A DNA stretch of 64,000 nucleotides, taken from Coprothermobacterota bacterium. GTDB taxonomy: Bacteria > Coprothermobacterota > Coprothermobacteria > Coprothermobacterales > Coprothermobacteraceae. Positions 18,366 through 28,126 of this stretch are shown here, one piece after another. Both the position numbers and the translations under genes were made by a program. The notes beneath the pieces are model-generated. The model saw only the letters and a program-made list of their open reading frames with translations, had not been told where the DNA came from and did not search any database. Positions within the stretch are counted from its first letter, which is position 1. Each line of letters begins with the position of its first letter. The stretch lies in NCBI GenBank assembly GCA_036679065.1, contig JAZIGN010000003.1, positions 544,001 through 608,000 on the forward strand. Direction: 5' to 3'.

Positions 18366-20119
18366 TAGCGCACATTGACCACGGCAAGTCCACGTTAGCT
18401 GACCGTTTCTTGGAGCTTTCTGGGTTAGTGAGACGAGATAAACTACAGAAACAGATGCTTGATAGTATGGATTTGGAACGCGAACGTGGGATCACCATTA
18501 AAAGCCATCCAGTTAGATTGCATATTGGTGATTACGTGTTCAACCTCATAGATACGCCTGGGCATGTCGATTTTTCCTACGAAGTTTCTAGGTCCTTAGC
18601 TGCTTGTGAAGGTGCAATTCTTTTAGTAGATGCAACTCAGGGAGTGGAAGCACAAACAGTAGCACATGCTTACAAAGCCATGGAACACAACTTAGCCATT
18701 GTCCCCGTCATTAACAAAATCGATTTACCTTCTGCTGACGTGGAAGGTACTAAGAGAGCCATGTCCCAGCTTCTAGGAAAGGACGATATTGATCCAGTAT
18801 TGGTTTCAGCTAAAGAAGGAATTGGCATTGAAGAGCTTATCGATAGGCTCGTAAAGGAAATCCCTGCTCCGAATGGGGATGAAAATGCTCCTTTACAGGC
18901 TCTTGTGTTCGATTCCTTTTACGATACTTACAAAGGAGTAGTTTCCGTTGTTCGCATTTTCAATGGACAGGTTAGAGTAGGAGATCGCATCAGATTCTGG
19001 GCAAGCGGTTTGGAATCTGAAGTGACTGAGGTTGGTGTTTTTTCCTTGAAGATGGTGCCCACAGAGAGTTTAGAGGCAGGAGACGTGGGATATGTGGCTG
19101 CCAACATAAGAGACATCCGCGAAGTTCCGGTGGGAGATACAATGACCTCAGCGGTGAGACCTGCCGATGCTCCCATACCAGGCTTTTCTGCAATGAAACC
19201 CATGGTTTTTGCGTCTATTTATCCTACTGAGAACGAGGATTTTGAAAGACTTCGCGAGTCTTTGAAGAAGCTTCAGCTCAATGATGCAGCTTTGGTGTTT
19301 GAGCCGGAAAGTAGCGAAGCTTTTGGCCCAGGTTTTAGGTGTGGGTTCTTGGGGCTTCTTCATATGGACATCATTAGAGAAAGGCTTGAAAGAGAATTCG
19401 ATTTGGATCTCATATTAACCTCACCCAACGTGGAATATCATGTGTTAACACGGAGTGGTGAGTACATTGAGGTGCGCAATCCTTCGCAGTTCCCAGACTT
19501 TTCTGAAGTGGAGCTGGTGGAGGAGCCTTATGTGAGGGGGACCGTAGTAGTTCCATCAGAGTATGTGGGCTCTGTTATTCAACTTTGTGAGGGCAGACGT
19601 GGAAAAATGCTTCACATGGAGTACATATCGCAGCAGCGTGTTTTACTCGAGTACGATTTACCCTTTGCAGAAATCATAACTGATTTTTACGACCAACTAA
19701 AAAGTGTAACACGTGGATATGCGTCTTTCGACTATGAGCACATTGGTTTCAAGGAAGCCGATGTCGACAAAATAGAGGTTTTTATTAACGGTAAAAAACT
19801 AGATGCCCTTACGTTGCTCGCTCCGAAGAGTGAAGTACTAAGGGTTGCTAGGCAAGTAGCATCAAACTTGAAACATACCATACCAAAACAGCTGGTGGAA
19901 GTTGTAATTCAGGTAAAAGCAGGGGGCAGAATAGTTGCCCGTGAGACCATAAAACCCCTTCGTAAGGACGTTTTAGCAAAGTGCTACGGAGGAGATGTTA
20001 GTAGAAAGAAGAAACTTCTAGAAAAACAGAAGGCTGGAAAGAAGCGCATGAGACAGTTCAATCAGGTAGACATACCACAAGAAGCATTCTTGTCGGTGCT
20101 TAAGGCTGATACTGAGTAA
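18329..20119 (+). CDS. lepA: Elongation factor 4
   Basis: [42 protein letters not shown]. Confidence 0.98.
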   Translation: [596 protein letters not shown]

Positions 20120-21168
20120 TGAACAAAGGCCTCTATCTTCATATTCCTTTCTGCTACACAAAATGCCCATTCTGTGATTATTACAGTATTTCCAATGCTC
20201 CAGAAACGTGGCTGGACACATTCACTGATGTGATAGTTTATCAGCTTAGGCAACTCCCGACAAAGCTGGATACGCTTTATGTTGGTGGAGGAACGCCTTT
20301 GGCTTTAGGGCAGTCCAGGTGGGAAAGAATACTTCAGAACTTACCCGAAGCAGGGGAAAGGACCATCGAACTCAACCCAGAAGACGTGAAGAAGGACAAT
20401 TTTCCTTTGCTTGCGCACTTTACACGCCTTTCAGTGGGTGTGCAGTCTTTTTCTGACTCTGTACTTAAGACACTGGGGCGTGACAAGCTTGACTATGAAA
20501 AACTGCTGGATTTACTAAGTCATTGGGATGTAAGTGTGGATCTTATGGTGGGTGTACCAGGTCAAACCCGTGACGAGGTTTTGCGGGATTTGATTTCTGT
20601 GGTTGCACTTGGTGTACCGCATATTTCCGTATATCCTTTGGAAGTGCATGAGGGAACCCCATTTTGGGGGTATTACCGCGGGTGGGATTGGGACGATGCT
20701 GACTTGTTACTCATGGTGGAGAAATTCCTTACGGAGCACGGTTATGAACACTACGAGATTTCAAACTATGCCAGACCGGGGCACCAATGTCTTCACAACA
20801 AAATCTACTGGCACGACGAGGAGTACTACGCTTTAGGACCTTCGGCTGCAGGGTACGTAAATGGTGTAAGGTATAAATGGGTGTCAAATCTAAGGCTTTA
20901 TGTGGAAAGTGCTAAGCTGGGTGAACCCACATATGAAGAGTATGTGGCCTTATCTTGGGAAGAGCAGCTTTCAGAATATGCCATCATGAACCTAAGGCTT
21001 CTTAGTGAAGGTATCAGAAAAGAGGATGTGGAAAAACGTTTTGGTGAAAGGGCCTGGGGTATAATACTCAGCCAAGCTGAAGGTAACGCTTTTTTGAATA
21101 TAGAACCAGATAAAATCACAGTGAAGAACTGGCTTTTCTTTAATAGAGCTGCAGAAGCTTTTGTCTAG
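20119..21168 (+). CDS. hemW: Radical SAM heme chaperone HemW (HemN-like)
   Basis: YLHIPFCYTKCPFCDY (CxxxCxxC), GGGTP, YEISNYA, HNKIYW; follows lepA. Confidence 0.9.
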   Translation: MNKGLYLHIPFCYTKCPFCDYYSISNAPETWLDTFTDVIVYQLRQLPTKLDTLYVGGGTPLALGQSRWERILQNLPEAGERTIELNPEDVKKDNFPLLAHFTRLSVGVQSFSDSVLKTLGRDKLDYEKLLDLLSHWDVSVDLMVGVPGQTRDEVLRDLISVVALGVPHISVYPLEVHEGTPFWGYYRGWDWDDADLLLMVEKFLTEHGYEHYEISNYARPGHQCLHNKIYWHDEEYYALGPSAAGYVNGVRYKWVSNLRLYVESAKLGEPTYEEYVALSWEEQLSEYAIMNLRLLSEGIRKEDVEKRFGERAWGIILSQAEGNAFLNIEPDKITVKNWLFFNRAAEAFV

Positions 21169-21217
21169 CTATTCAAGCTAATTATTGCTGTATATGTTGC
21201 TGCACGGAAGATCCTTC

Positions 21218-22102
21218 TTACTTAATCAGCTCCGCACGTAAAAGAATTTCTTCCACTTTAGCTGGTTCGTCTGTTAGTAAGGGTGGTCTGCACGGAAGAT
21301 TTACAGGAAGTTGAAACCACTGCGCAGCAGCTTTAATAGCTCCCGCAAATGAGTTGCAACGGCTGTATACCATGCTGAAAACAGCAATTTGTTTGGCAAA
21401 CCCGGCGAAGGCTTCCATGTCTCCTTGCTCGTAAGCTCTCATGAGTGCTAAATAAACTGATGGAATTACGTTTGCACCGGCTACAATGCCGCCATCTCCC
21501 CCGAGTAGTAGATTCGTGGGCAAATAATGGTCAAAACCCACCAGCACCGAAAAAGAAGGGTACTTTTCCTTAATAGCAAGGATGTCCAGTAAATAGGTAA
21601 GGCTATCTCTGGTAACCTTTATGCCGGCTGCCAGGTTTTCTTTAGCGAGCTTTTCTACCAGACTGGGAGGCAAGGGGTTGCCAGTAGCACTTGGAATATC
21701 GTACAAAATTAAGGGTAGCCTACTTCCTTCTGCAATGGCTCTAAAGTGTTGATACAGGGCTTCTTCACCGAACGCACCGTAATATGGAGGAGCTGCAACT
21801 ACTGCATCAAAGTTCATTTCCTGAGCCATTTTTGCCAGTTTAACTGAATGTTCAGTACTGTTGCTGGTTACACCCGTAATCAAAGCACTTGAAGTGTCTT
21901 CCAACTCCTCTGCCGCCAACTTCATTATCTGTATTTGTTCGTCAGGAGACATGGAAAAGAACTCTGAAGTCGATGCGTTCACGAAAATACCATTCACTCC
22001 TTGGCTGAGAAGATATTGTATGTGGGCTCTCATACTCTGCAAATCCAGAGAGAAATCCTCATTAAATGAACTTACTAACGGCACTATGATGCCCCTCAAC
22101 AT
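21218..22102 (-). CDS. DapA-family class I aldolase (KDG aldolase/YagE-like)
   Basis: STSEF, PPYY, YDIP..TG and Schiff-base GIKVT; GGAGG SD before ATG 22102. Confidence 0.85.
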   Translation of the reverse strand: MLRGIIVPLVSSFNEDFSLDLQSMRAHIQYLLSQGVNGIFVNASTSEFFSMSPDEQIQIMKLAAEELEDTSSALITGVTSNSTEHSVKLAKMAQEMNFDAVVAAPPYYGAFGEEALYQHFRAIAEGSRLPLILYDIPSATGNPLPPSLVEKLAKENLAAGIKVTRDSLTYLLDILAIKEKYPSFSVLVGFDHYLPTNLLLGGDGGIVAGANVIPSVYLALMRAYEQGDMEAFAGFAKQIAVFSMVYSRCNSFAGAIKAAAQWFQLPVNLPCRPPLLTDEPAKVEEILLRAELIK

Positions 22103-22256
22103 ACTGATAAACACCTCCCTATCTTGTTTACATTTTAATACTGTTCTTTCTATATGCACTATGCACAGAGATATATGGAAAAGCCGCTATCAGGGAGCGA
22201 GAATTCGCTGCGAGCGGTGGCTTTGTTTGGTGCGGTCTTTTGTTATCATATGTGGT

Positions 22257-24041
22257 ATGAGCTATCATGTCTGTCCGCGAGACTGCTATGATTCCTGCGG
22301 CATGATTCTTCAAAACGGAAGATTAGTCGGTGACTCAAATCATCCTTTTACCTCGGGATTCACTTGCGGCAAAGCCGCTCTTAGTTTGAGGCAAGTAAGT
22401 TATCCGGAGAGGATTACAAAGGCGCTGGTAAGAACGAAGAAAGGGTTTGAAAAGATTTCCATCGATAAGGCTATAAGCATAGCAGCTGAGAAACTCTCTT
22501 CGAACAAAGTTTATCGAATTGACTATTCAGGACATATGGGCTTACTTTCAAGGTTTTTCCACCAGCGTCTGCTAAGAAGGCTGGGCGCACCTGAGCTGGT
22601 TTGGGACATTTGCTCCACTGCCGGCGATGTTGCTCTGATGGATGGTGTTGGTTCCATATGGGGTTGTGACATAGATGCTATAAAGGACAGTGATTTTGTG
22701 ATCATCTGGGGAGCCAATGTGGCGTACTCTTCCATTCATGCTTACACCTGGGCTAAACAGGCTGGTGAAGTCTTTGTCATCGATCCAGTCAAAACACCAA
22801 CAGCAGAATCATTTTTCCATGTTCCAGTAAACCCTGGAGGTGACGTAGCGTTATCACTTCAAATACTCAGAGAACTGGACGCTATGGGATACGAGGTACC
22901 TTTTTGTGTTGATGACTTTGGCAATTTGGAGCACATATCAGGTGTTAGTAGCGAAACGGCTCACTTGTTAGCTTCTAAGCTTGCGAATAGCAGTCGTCCA
23001 TTTGTTTTTATAGGCTATGGCTTTCAGCGGCAGTGGAACGGTGCCATGGCAGTGCGTCTTGTAGCTTCTATTCTCAGCGTAATTGATCAATCTGACCGCT
23101 TCTACTTTGATAGGCCTTATCATGGGATAGATGTTGATTATATAAGGCTTAAAGGTCAGGAACCAAGCAAAGAAACCCTAAACTGGACACTGTTAAGCAA
23201 GCAATTAAAAGATGTAACAGATGCCACATTTTTGGTTTTGAATGCCAATCCTGTAAACACGCTTCCAGGTCGTCGACAACTCGTAGAAACATTTCAAAAC
23301 AGCAGGAATACGGTCATAGTGCACGACATGTTTATGACAGAATCAGCTCAAGTAGCGGATGTAGTTTTGCCAGCGAAGCATTACTTGGAGTTTGAAGATC
23401 TGGTTGCTTCCTACGGTCATCGGTTCTTGGCGTTTAACGAAAAGGGTTTGGAGCCTCCTCCAGATGCTATGAGCAATATGGAGCTTGCAAGAGAATTGGC
23501 ACGTCAATTAAAGCTGGAGCAAAGTGAACTTTATGAAACTGACAGGGAAGTCATTAACGGTGCTTTGAGAAATCTGGGCATCGACTACGAATTTATGAAA
23601 GAGCACAAAATTTACAGACTCCCTGATCCAGCAAAACCAGGTCCGGTAAATTGGCCTGAAATTGCTCAGATCAGGCACTCTTTATATAAGCCAGCAGAGG
23701 GAAGCTATATGTTACTGACTCCAGTTGGCAGGTTAAGGATTCATAGTCAATACGCTAATGTGCTTCTGGAAGTGCCGCTACTGGAGATAAATCCTAAAGA
23801 TGCTCAAAAGTTGTCCATAAGCAACAAAGAACACGTTAACATTAAAAACAATAGGGGATCTCTTGATGTAGTGTGTAAAGTGACAGACAAAGTGCCACCT
23901 GGAGTTGTGCGTTTGGAGCATGGGTTCTGGGCTGATGCAGAGAAGCCAAATGTGAATGACTTAGTAGAACCTACTCTGCAGGAATATGGTGGGGGATCAC
24001 AGATTATGTGGACTTTTGTGAACATTGAGAAAGGAGAATAG
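22257..24041 (+). CDS. Molybdopterin-dependent oxidoreductase (DMSO reductase family)
   Basis: N-terminal CPRDCYDSC...C Fe-S motif, IIWGAN, TESAQVADVVLPA, C-terminal Moco-binding domain; start trimmed from 21861. Confidence 0.9.
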   Translation: MSYHVCPRDCYDSCGMILQNGRLVGDSNHPFTSGFTCGKAALSLRQVSYPERITKALVRTKKGFEKISIDKAISIAAEKLSSNKVYRIDYSGHMGLLSRFFHQRLLRRLGAPELVWDICSTAGDVALMDGVGSIWGCDIDAIKDSDFVIIWGANVAYSSIHAYTWAKQAGEVFVIDPVKTPTAESFFHVPVNPGGDVALSLQILRELDAMGYEVPFCVDDFGNLEHISGVSSETAHLLASKLANSSRPFVFIGYGFQRQWNGAMAVRLVASILSVIDQSDRFYFDRPYHGIDVDYIRLKGQEPSKETLNWTLLSKQLKDVTDATFLVLNANPVNTLPGRRQLVETFQNSRNTVIVHDMFMTESAQVADVVLPAKHYLEFEDLVASYGHRFLAFNEKGLEPPPDAMSNMELARELARQLKLEQSELYETDREVINGALRNLGIDYEFMKEHKIYRLPDPAKPGPVNWPEIAQIRHSLYKPAEGSYMLLTPVGRLRIHSQYANVLLEVPLLEINPKDAQKLSISNKEHVNIKNNRGSLDVVCKVTDKVPPGVVRLEHGFWADAEKPNVNDLVEPTLQEYGGGSQIMWTFVNIEKGE

Positions 24042-24044
24042 GGC

Positions 24045-25868
24045 GTGTACTTGGAAAAAGTCAAAAATGAGTTAAGGGACAAAAGAGCGGGAGTAAACTA
24101 CCACATACCCAAGCATTGGATGCCTTGTGGTTACAAAGGGCGTGTTTGTTTCGATGGTGTAAGGTTCAAAGTTGACCCATATGAGTTCTTTGAGGAAATG
24201 CTTAATGGCCTTGATGCATACAGCTTTTCCGTGAAGTCAGACAGTATTTACGTTGCATTTCCACGAACCACAAGTGCTTACAACCATAAAGGTTTTGGCC
24301 TTTTTGAACCGGAAGATCCTCTAGGATATAGGGAATCAGGCACATTCCTAAAGATGATGGCTGTTGCTCTTCATGCTAAACGAATGCATTTTGACACTAT
24401 GTATTTATTACCGGTCAGTATGCACAGTAATAGGTTCAAGAAAGGGACTGTGGGGTCTCCGTATGCTGTGAGTGATCCACTGCGCATAGCTGATTACTTA
24501 GCAGATCCACTGCTAGATTTGAGTGCAGAAGAGCTTTTTGGTGCTTTCGTCGAGTTCTGCCACCGCATAGGAATGAGAGTAATCTTGGATTTTGTTCCAA
24601 GAACTGGTGCCCGTGACAGCGATCTTATCTTGGAGCATCCCGAGTGGTTTTACTGGGTTGATGTTGCCAGTGTAGGGAAATATGCTCCACCCAAAGCGCC
24701 TGAACTGGGTTTTAGGCAGTTATCCGATGAGGATATGGCCTACTTGTATCAGCGCCAAGATGTAAGGAACTTTCTTAGCTGTTTTCGGTGGTCCCCTTCC
24801 CATACTGAACCGGAAAAATGGGATAACTTTGTTAAAGCTAATAGGGGAAAGGATTTTCTTCCCGAGCTGGTGAAAACCTTCGGTGTCATAACTCCTCCAG
24901 GGTTTAGCGATTGGCTTAATGATCCTCAGCCAACGTGGGACGATGTAACGTTTTATCGTCTATTCTTGGACCATCCCGATGTAGCAAAACCCTTTGTGGG
25001 GGATGATCAGCCACCTTACGTCCTTTTTGACGTTATTAAAGCAAGTCGCTTCCCTGGTTCGAAACCAAACAGGGAACTTTGGGACTATTTATCAGGCATT
25101 ATTGCGTACTACATTGAGAGATTTGACATTGACGGTGCACGCATTGACATGGGCCACGCTTTGCCCAAAGAACTAGAGCAGCGAATGATGGAAAAAGCCC
25201 TAAAAATGAAGCCTGATTCCATGCTCATTGCTGAAGAACTTAATCCTGAGGGTGATGTTAGGGCTAAAGAGTCAAATTATGGAGCAATTATAGGTAATAG
25301 TTGGTGGATGTTGCCACGTCGAGAAAAGATCGTAGAACTTTTTACTGATAGTACAAAAAGGGTTTTACCTTTGTGGGCGGCTGTGGAGACACCTGACACA
25401 CCAAGGATTTTTGGTAGACTGCCATATCATGAAGCACTGCAGCGTTTGGTAATGTCTGCCTTTCTCCCCAACAGCTATTTTGTTGTAAACGCCGGTTTGG
25501 AGCTCTTGGAGAAGCAGCCCATGAATTTAGGTTTGGATGCAACCTTGGACGATAAGTGGGTGCTTCCAAGAGATGACGAATTCTACGGTAAGCTTAGTTT
25601 TTTTGACCACTACGCACTTCATTGGGATAGCGAGAAGGATCTAACGTACATAATTGGTAAACTTAACAGACTCAGGGTTACACATTACGATGCCATGGCT
25701 AAAATCTGTAGCACCGAGCCTTTAATGGTGAAACACAAAGGTGCAATGTTTGTATGGAACAACACAGAAAAACCCATAAGTTATACGGAAGCGCCCTTAC
25801 TGTGTGTGGGAACCGCAGTTTTGGATACACTTCAAACCGACGGAGTTGCACTATTCAAACATGAGTAG
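24045..25868 (+). CDS. GH13 maltosyltransferase (Thermotoga MTase-like)
   Basis: SGTFLKM, SPYAV, ILDFVPRT, DGARIDMGHALP and ETPDTPR recall the T. maritima maltosyltransferase. Confidence 0.82.
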   Translation: MYLEKVKNELRDKRAGVNYHIPKHWMPCGYKGRVCFDGVRFKVDPYEFFEEMLNGLDAYSFSVKSDSIYVAFPRTTSAYNHKGFGLFEPEDPLGYRESGTFLKMMAVALHAKRMHFDTMYLLPVSMHSNRFKKGTVGSPYAVSDPLRIADYLADPLLDLSAEELFGAFVEFCHRIGMRVILDFVPRTGARDSDLILEHPEWFYWVDVASVGKYAPPKAPELGFRQLSDEDMAYLYQRQDVRNFLSCFRWSPSHTEPEKWDNFVKANRGKDFLPELVKTFGVITPPGFSDWLNDPQPTWDDVTFYRLFLDHPDVAKPFVGDDQPPYVLFDVIKASRFPGSKPNRELWDYLSGIIAYYIERFDIDGARIDMGHALPKELEQRMMEKALKMKPDSMLIAEELNPEGDVRAKESNYGAIIGNSWWMLPRREKIVELFTDSTKRVLPLWAAVETPDTPRIFGRLPYHEALQRLVMSAFLPNSYFVVNAGLELLEKQPMNLGLDATLDDKWVLPRDDEFYGKLSFFDHYALHWDSEKDLTYIIGKLNRLRVTHYDAMAKICSTEPLMVKHKGAMFVWNNTEKPISYTEAPLLCVGTAVLDTLQTDGVALFKHE

Positions 25869-26958
25869 AGAACTAAAAGCCCTTGGGATGGGATATTTGC
25901 TTTGGGGGTTTTCCATTGGGCTGTACACTACTCAGTGGCCAGTATTTCTGTTGTATAAGTTGGGAGATCCTGGGCAAGTTGGCTTGGCTAACGGTCTCAT
26001 AAGTGCTACTGCGGTGCTTAGCTATTTTGTAGGTGCTTGGATGGGCAACCATTTCCCTAAGAAACCTTTATTTATGCTCAGCTGGGGTGGTAGCGCTATT
26101 GCTCCACTGCTCTGGGCTTTCGGCAGCAGCGATTGGACTATTTACCTCGGTTGTGCGCTTTTTGGGTTCATAAGCAGTTATTCCAGTCCACTGATAAACT
26201 CATACTTTCTAGACGAACTTGGTGATGAGTTCATGAAAGGAAGCATGTATACATCAAGTACTTACAGTATTGGGATGATGGTAGGCCCTTTTGTGGGAGG
26301 TGTGCTTAAAGATATTGGGGGGTATAAGTTATTGATGATTGTAACAGCGATCTCTTTTGTTTTTTCTGCGGTTCCTCTGGCTTTTCTGAAAAAGGATGAG
26401 CCAAAGAAGAAAAGCCTGATGCTTCCAAAAGATCGTTCATATTATCAAGCTTTGCTATGGGCAGCTGTGATGAGTTTTGCCATGATGATCACTGTACCTT
26501 ATGCTCCATTGTATGCAAAGGAACGTTTTGCTCTCTCAGGTACCATGCTTGGGCTTTTGGGAAGTATTTCTGCCATTGGAGCGGTACTTCTGACCTATTT
26601 GGCTGTACGTGTGTCTCATCGTTCCATCATACTTAGGATATCCGTTTGGTGCGGCATCTTGGGAACGATGCTTCTCATCAGTAATAGATGGTTTTTGTGG
26701 ATAGCGTTTTTCTTTAGAGGCGCTTTCATGAACACGTATTCGCTGATAACCAGCGGTGTGTCGCATCGTGTTCCTAAGGATTACTCATACATTGGTTTTG
26801 CTCTCCTTACGGCCACTATTGCTGCCTTTAACAGTTTAGCTTCGGCTGTAGGTGGGTACATTTATAATACAGGACCAATAGTCTTGTTCTTGCTTTCGTC
26901 AGTGTTGATGTGGTTCAGTTTGTATTTATATAAGCTATTGGCCGAGTCACGACAGTAA
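25861..26958 (+). CDS. MFS transporter
   Basis: About 12 hydrophobic segments in two halves; ATG 25861 overlaps the upstream gene end. Confidence 0.85.
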   Translation: MSRELKALGMGYLLWGFSIGLYTTQWPVFLLYKLGDPGQVGLANGLISATAVLSYFVGAWMGNHFPKKPLFMLSWGGSAIAPLLWAFGSSDWTIYLGCALFGFISSYSSPLINSYFLDELGDEFMKGSMYTSSTYSIGMMVGPFVGGVLKDIGGYKLLMIVTAISFVFSAVPLAFLKKDEPKKKSLMLPKDRSYYQALLWAAVMSFAMMITVPYAPLYAKERFALSGTMLGLLGSISAIGAVLLTYLAVRVSHRSIILRISVWCGILGTMLLISNRWFLWIAFFFRGAFMNTYSLITSGVSHRVPKDYSYIGFALLTATIAAFNSLASAVGGYIYNTGPIVLFLLSSVLMWFSLYLYKLLAESRQ

Positions 26959-26994
26959 GTTTGGATTTTGAAGTTTAATAAAGGGGTGATGCTT

Positions 26995-27369
26995 GTGAAA
27001 AGGTACGTAGTAGATGGGATTTTCAAACCTACAGGGCCCTATGTCCATGCTGTAGAAAGTGGCAATCTTGTTTTTGTTAGTGGTCTGTTGGGTGCAAAAC
27101 CTGATGGAACGTTACCAGAAGATCCTGATTTGCAACTTTCACAAATGTTTGCTAACGTTGATGAATTGCTGAAGGCCTTAGGTATTGGTAAAGATGCAGT
27201 TGTGAAAACCACGGTTTTTATGAAAGACATGTCGTATGCTGCAAAGCTTAATGAGCGCTATGCAGCCTTTTTTGGAAGTGATTTACCAGCTAGGAGTATG
27301 ATACAGGTAGCAGGATTGCCCATGAATGCTTTTTTTGAGATGGAGCTAGTTGCTCAGAGAAGTGAGTAA
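26995..27369 (+). CDS. RidA/YjgF/UK114 family imine deaminase
   Basis: GPYVHAV, FVSG, VKTTVF, PARS..QVAGLP (catalytic Arg present). Confidence 0.92.
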   Translation: MKRYVVDGIFKPTGPYVHAVESGNLVFVSGLLGAKPDGTLPEDPDLQLSQMFANVDELLKALGIGKDAVVKTTVFMKDMSYAAKLNERYAAFFGSDLPARSMIQVAGLPMNAFFEMELVAQRSE

Positions 27370-27397
27370 CTTAGTTGAGAAGAAAGGAGGTTCACAC

Positions 27398-27907
27398 ATG
27401 GCAGGGAAAATAGCCATATTGCTGGATGATGGTTTTGAGGACCTGGAGTTCTTTTATCCTTATTTTAGGGTGCAGGAGGACAACTTTGAGCCAGTAGTGC
27501 TGGGTGTTGAGCCCAAATTAGCGAAGGGAAAGAATGGCTTGTATTTTCAGATAACGGAAACTTTGGCAAAACACAATCCAGAAGAATTTGTCGGGCTTTA
27601 TATTCCGGGCGGGCATGCCCCCGATCGCCTTCGCCGCTTTGACGAGGTCAAGGAATTCGTTTCAGCATTCTACAAGTTGGGTAAACCTGTTGGAACTATT
27701 TGTCATGGACCTCAGGTGCTCATCTCAGCGAAAGTAGTTGAGGGAGTAACTATGACTTCAGTATCTGCCATAAAAGACGACTTGGAAAACGCAGGTGCCA
27801 TCTGGGTTAACCAACCAGTGGTGGTGGATAAGAACATCGTTAGTAGCCGAGTTCCCGATGATTTACCGTTCAATCTTCCAGCGTTCCTAGCTCTTCTTCC
27901 CAAATAG
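27398..27907 (+). CDS. PfpI/DJ-1 family protein
   Basis: GFEDLE, IPGGHAPD, ICHGPQ nucleophile, SSRVPDDL; AGGAGG SD. Confidence 0.95.
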   Translation: MAGKIAILLDDGFEDLEFFYPYFRVQEDNFEPVVLGVEPKLAKGKNGLYFQITETLAKHNPEEFVGLYIPGGHAPDRLRRFDEVKEFVSAFYKLGKPVGTICHGPQVLISAKVVEGVTMTSVSAIKDDLENAGAIWVNQPVVVDKNIVSSRVPDDLPFNLPAFLALLPK

Positions 27908-28126
27908 CTTACGTATAAAGGCGAGTATTTCATCTTGTAACAGGGCGAAGAGTATTACAAATAGTATTAAGCTTACAAAAGCGTTAGCGTATTTGCCTTC
28001 GTTCGTTGGCGGCACGAAGATGGCAAGCGCTGCTGTTATCAGAAAGCCTGGGAATACAATCATTACAGCAAGAACCTTGAGCAGAAGTGCGGCTTGCTTC
28101 CGAAGTTCTTTATTGACGTCGTTCAT
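27887..28126 (-). CDS. Small two-TM hypothetical membrane protein
   Basis: 79 aa with two hydrophobic helices; overlaps the end of the Na/Pi transporter gene. Confidence 0.65.
   Translation of the reverse strand: MNDVNKELRKQAALLLKVLAVMIVFPGFLITAALAIFVPPTNEGKYANAFVSLILFVILFALLQDEILAFIRKLFGKKS

Noticed and set aside
21861..22256. 132-aa N-terminal extension of the Moco oxidoreductase ORF
   Set aside because: It overlaps the DapA-family gene antisense; family homology begins at MSYHVCPRDC (22257), which has a promoter directly upstream.
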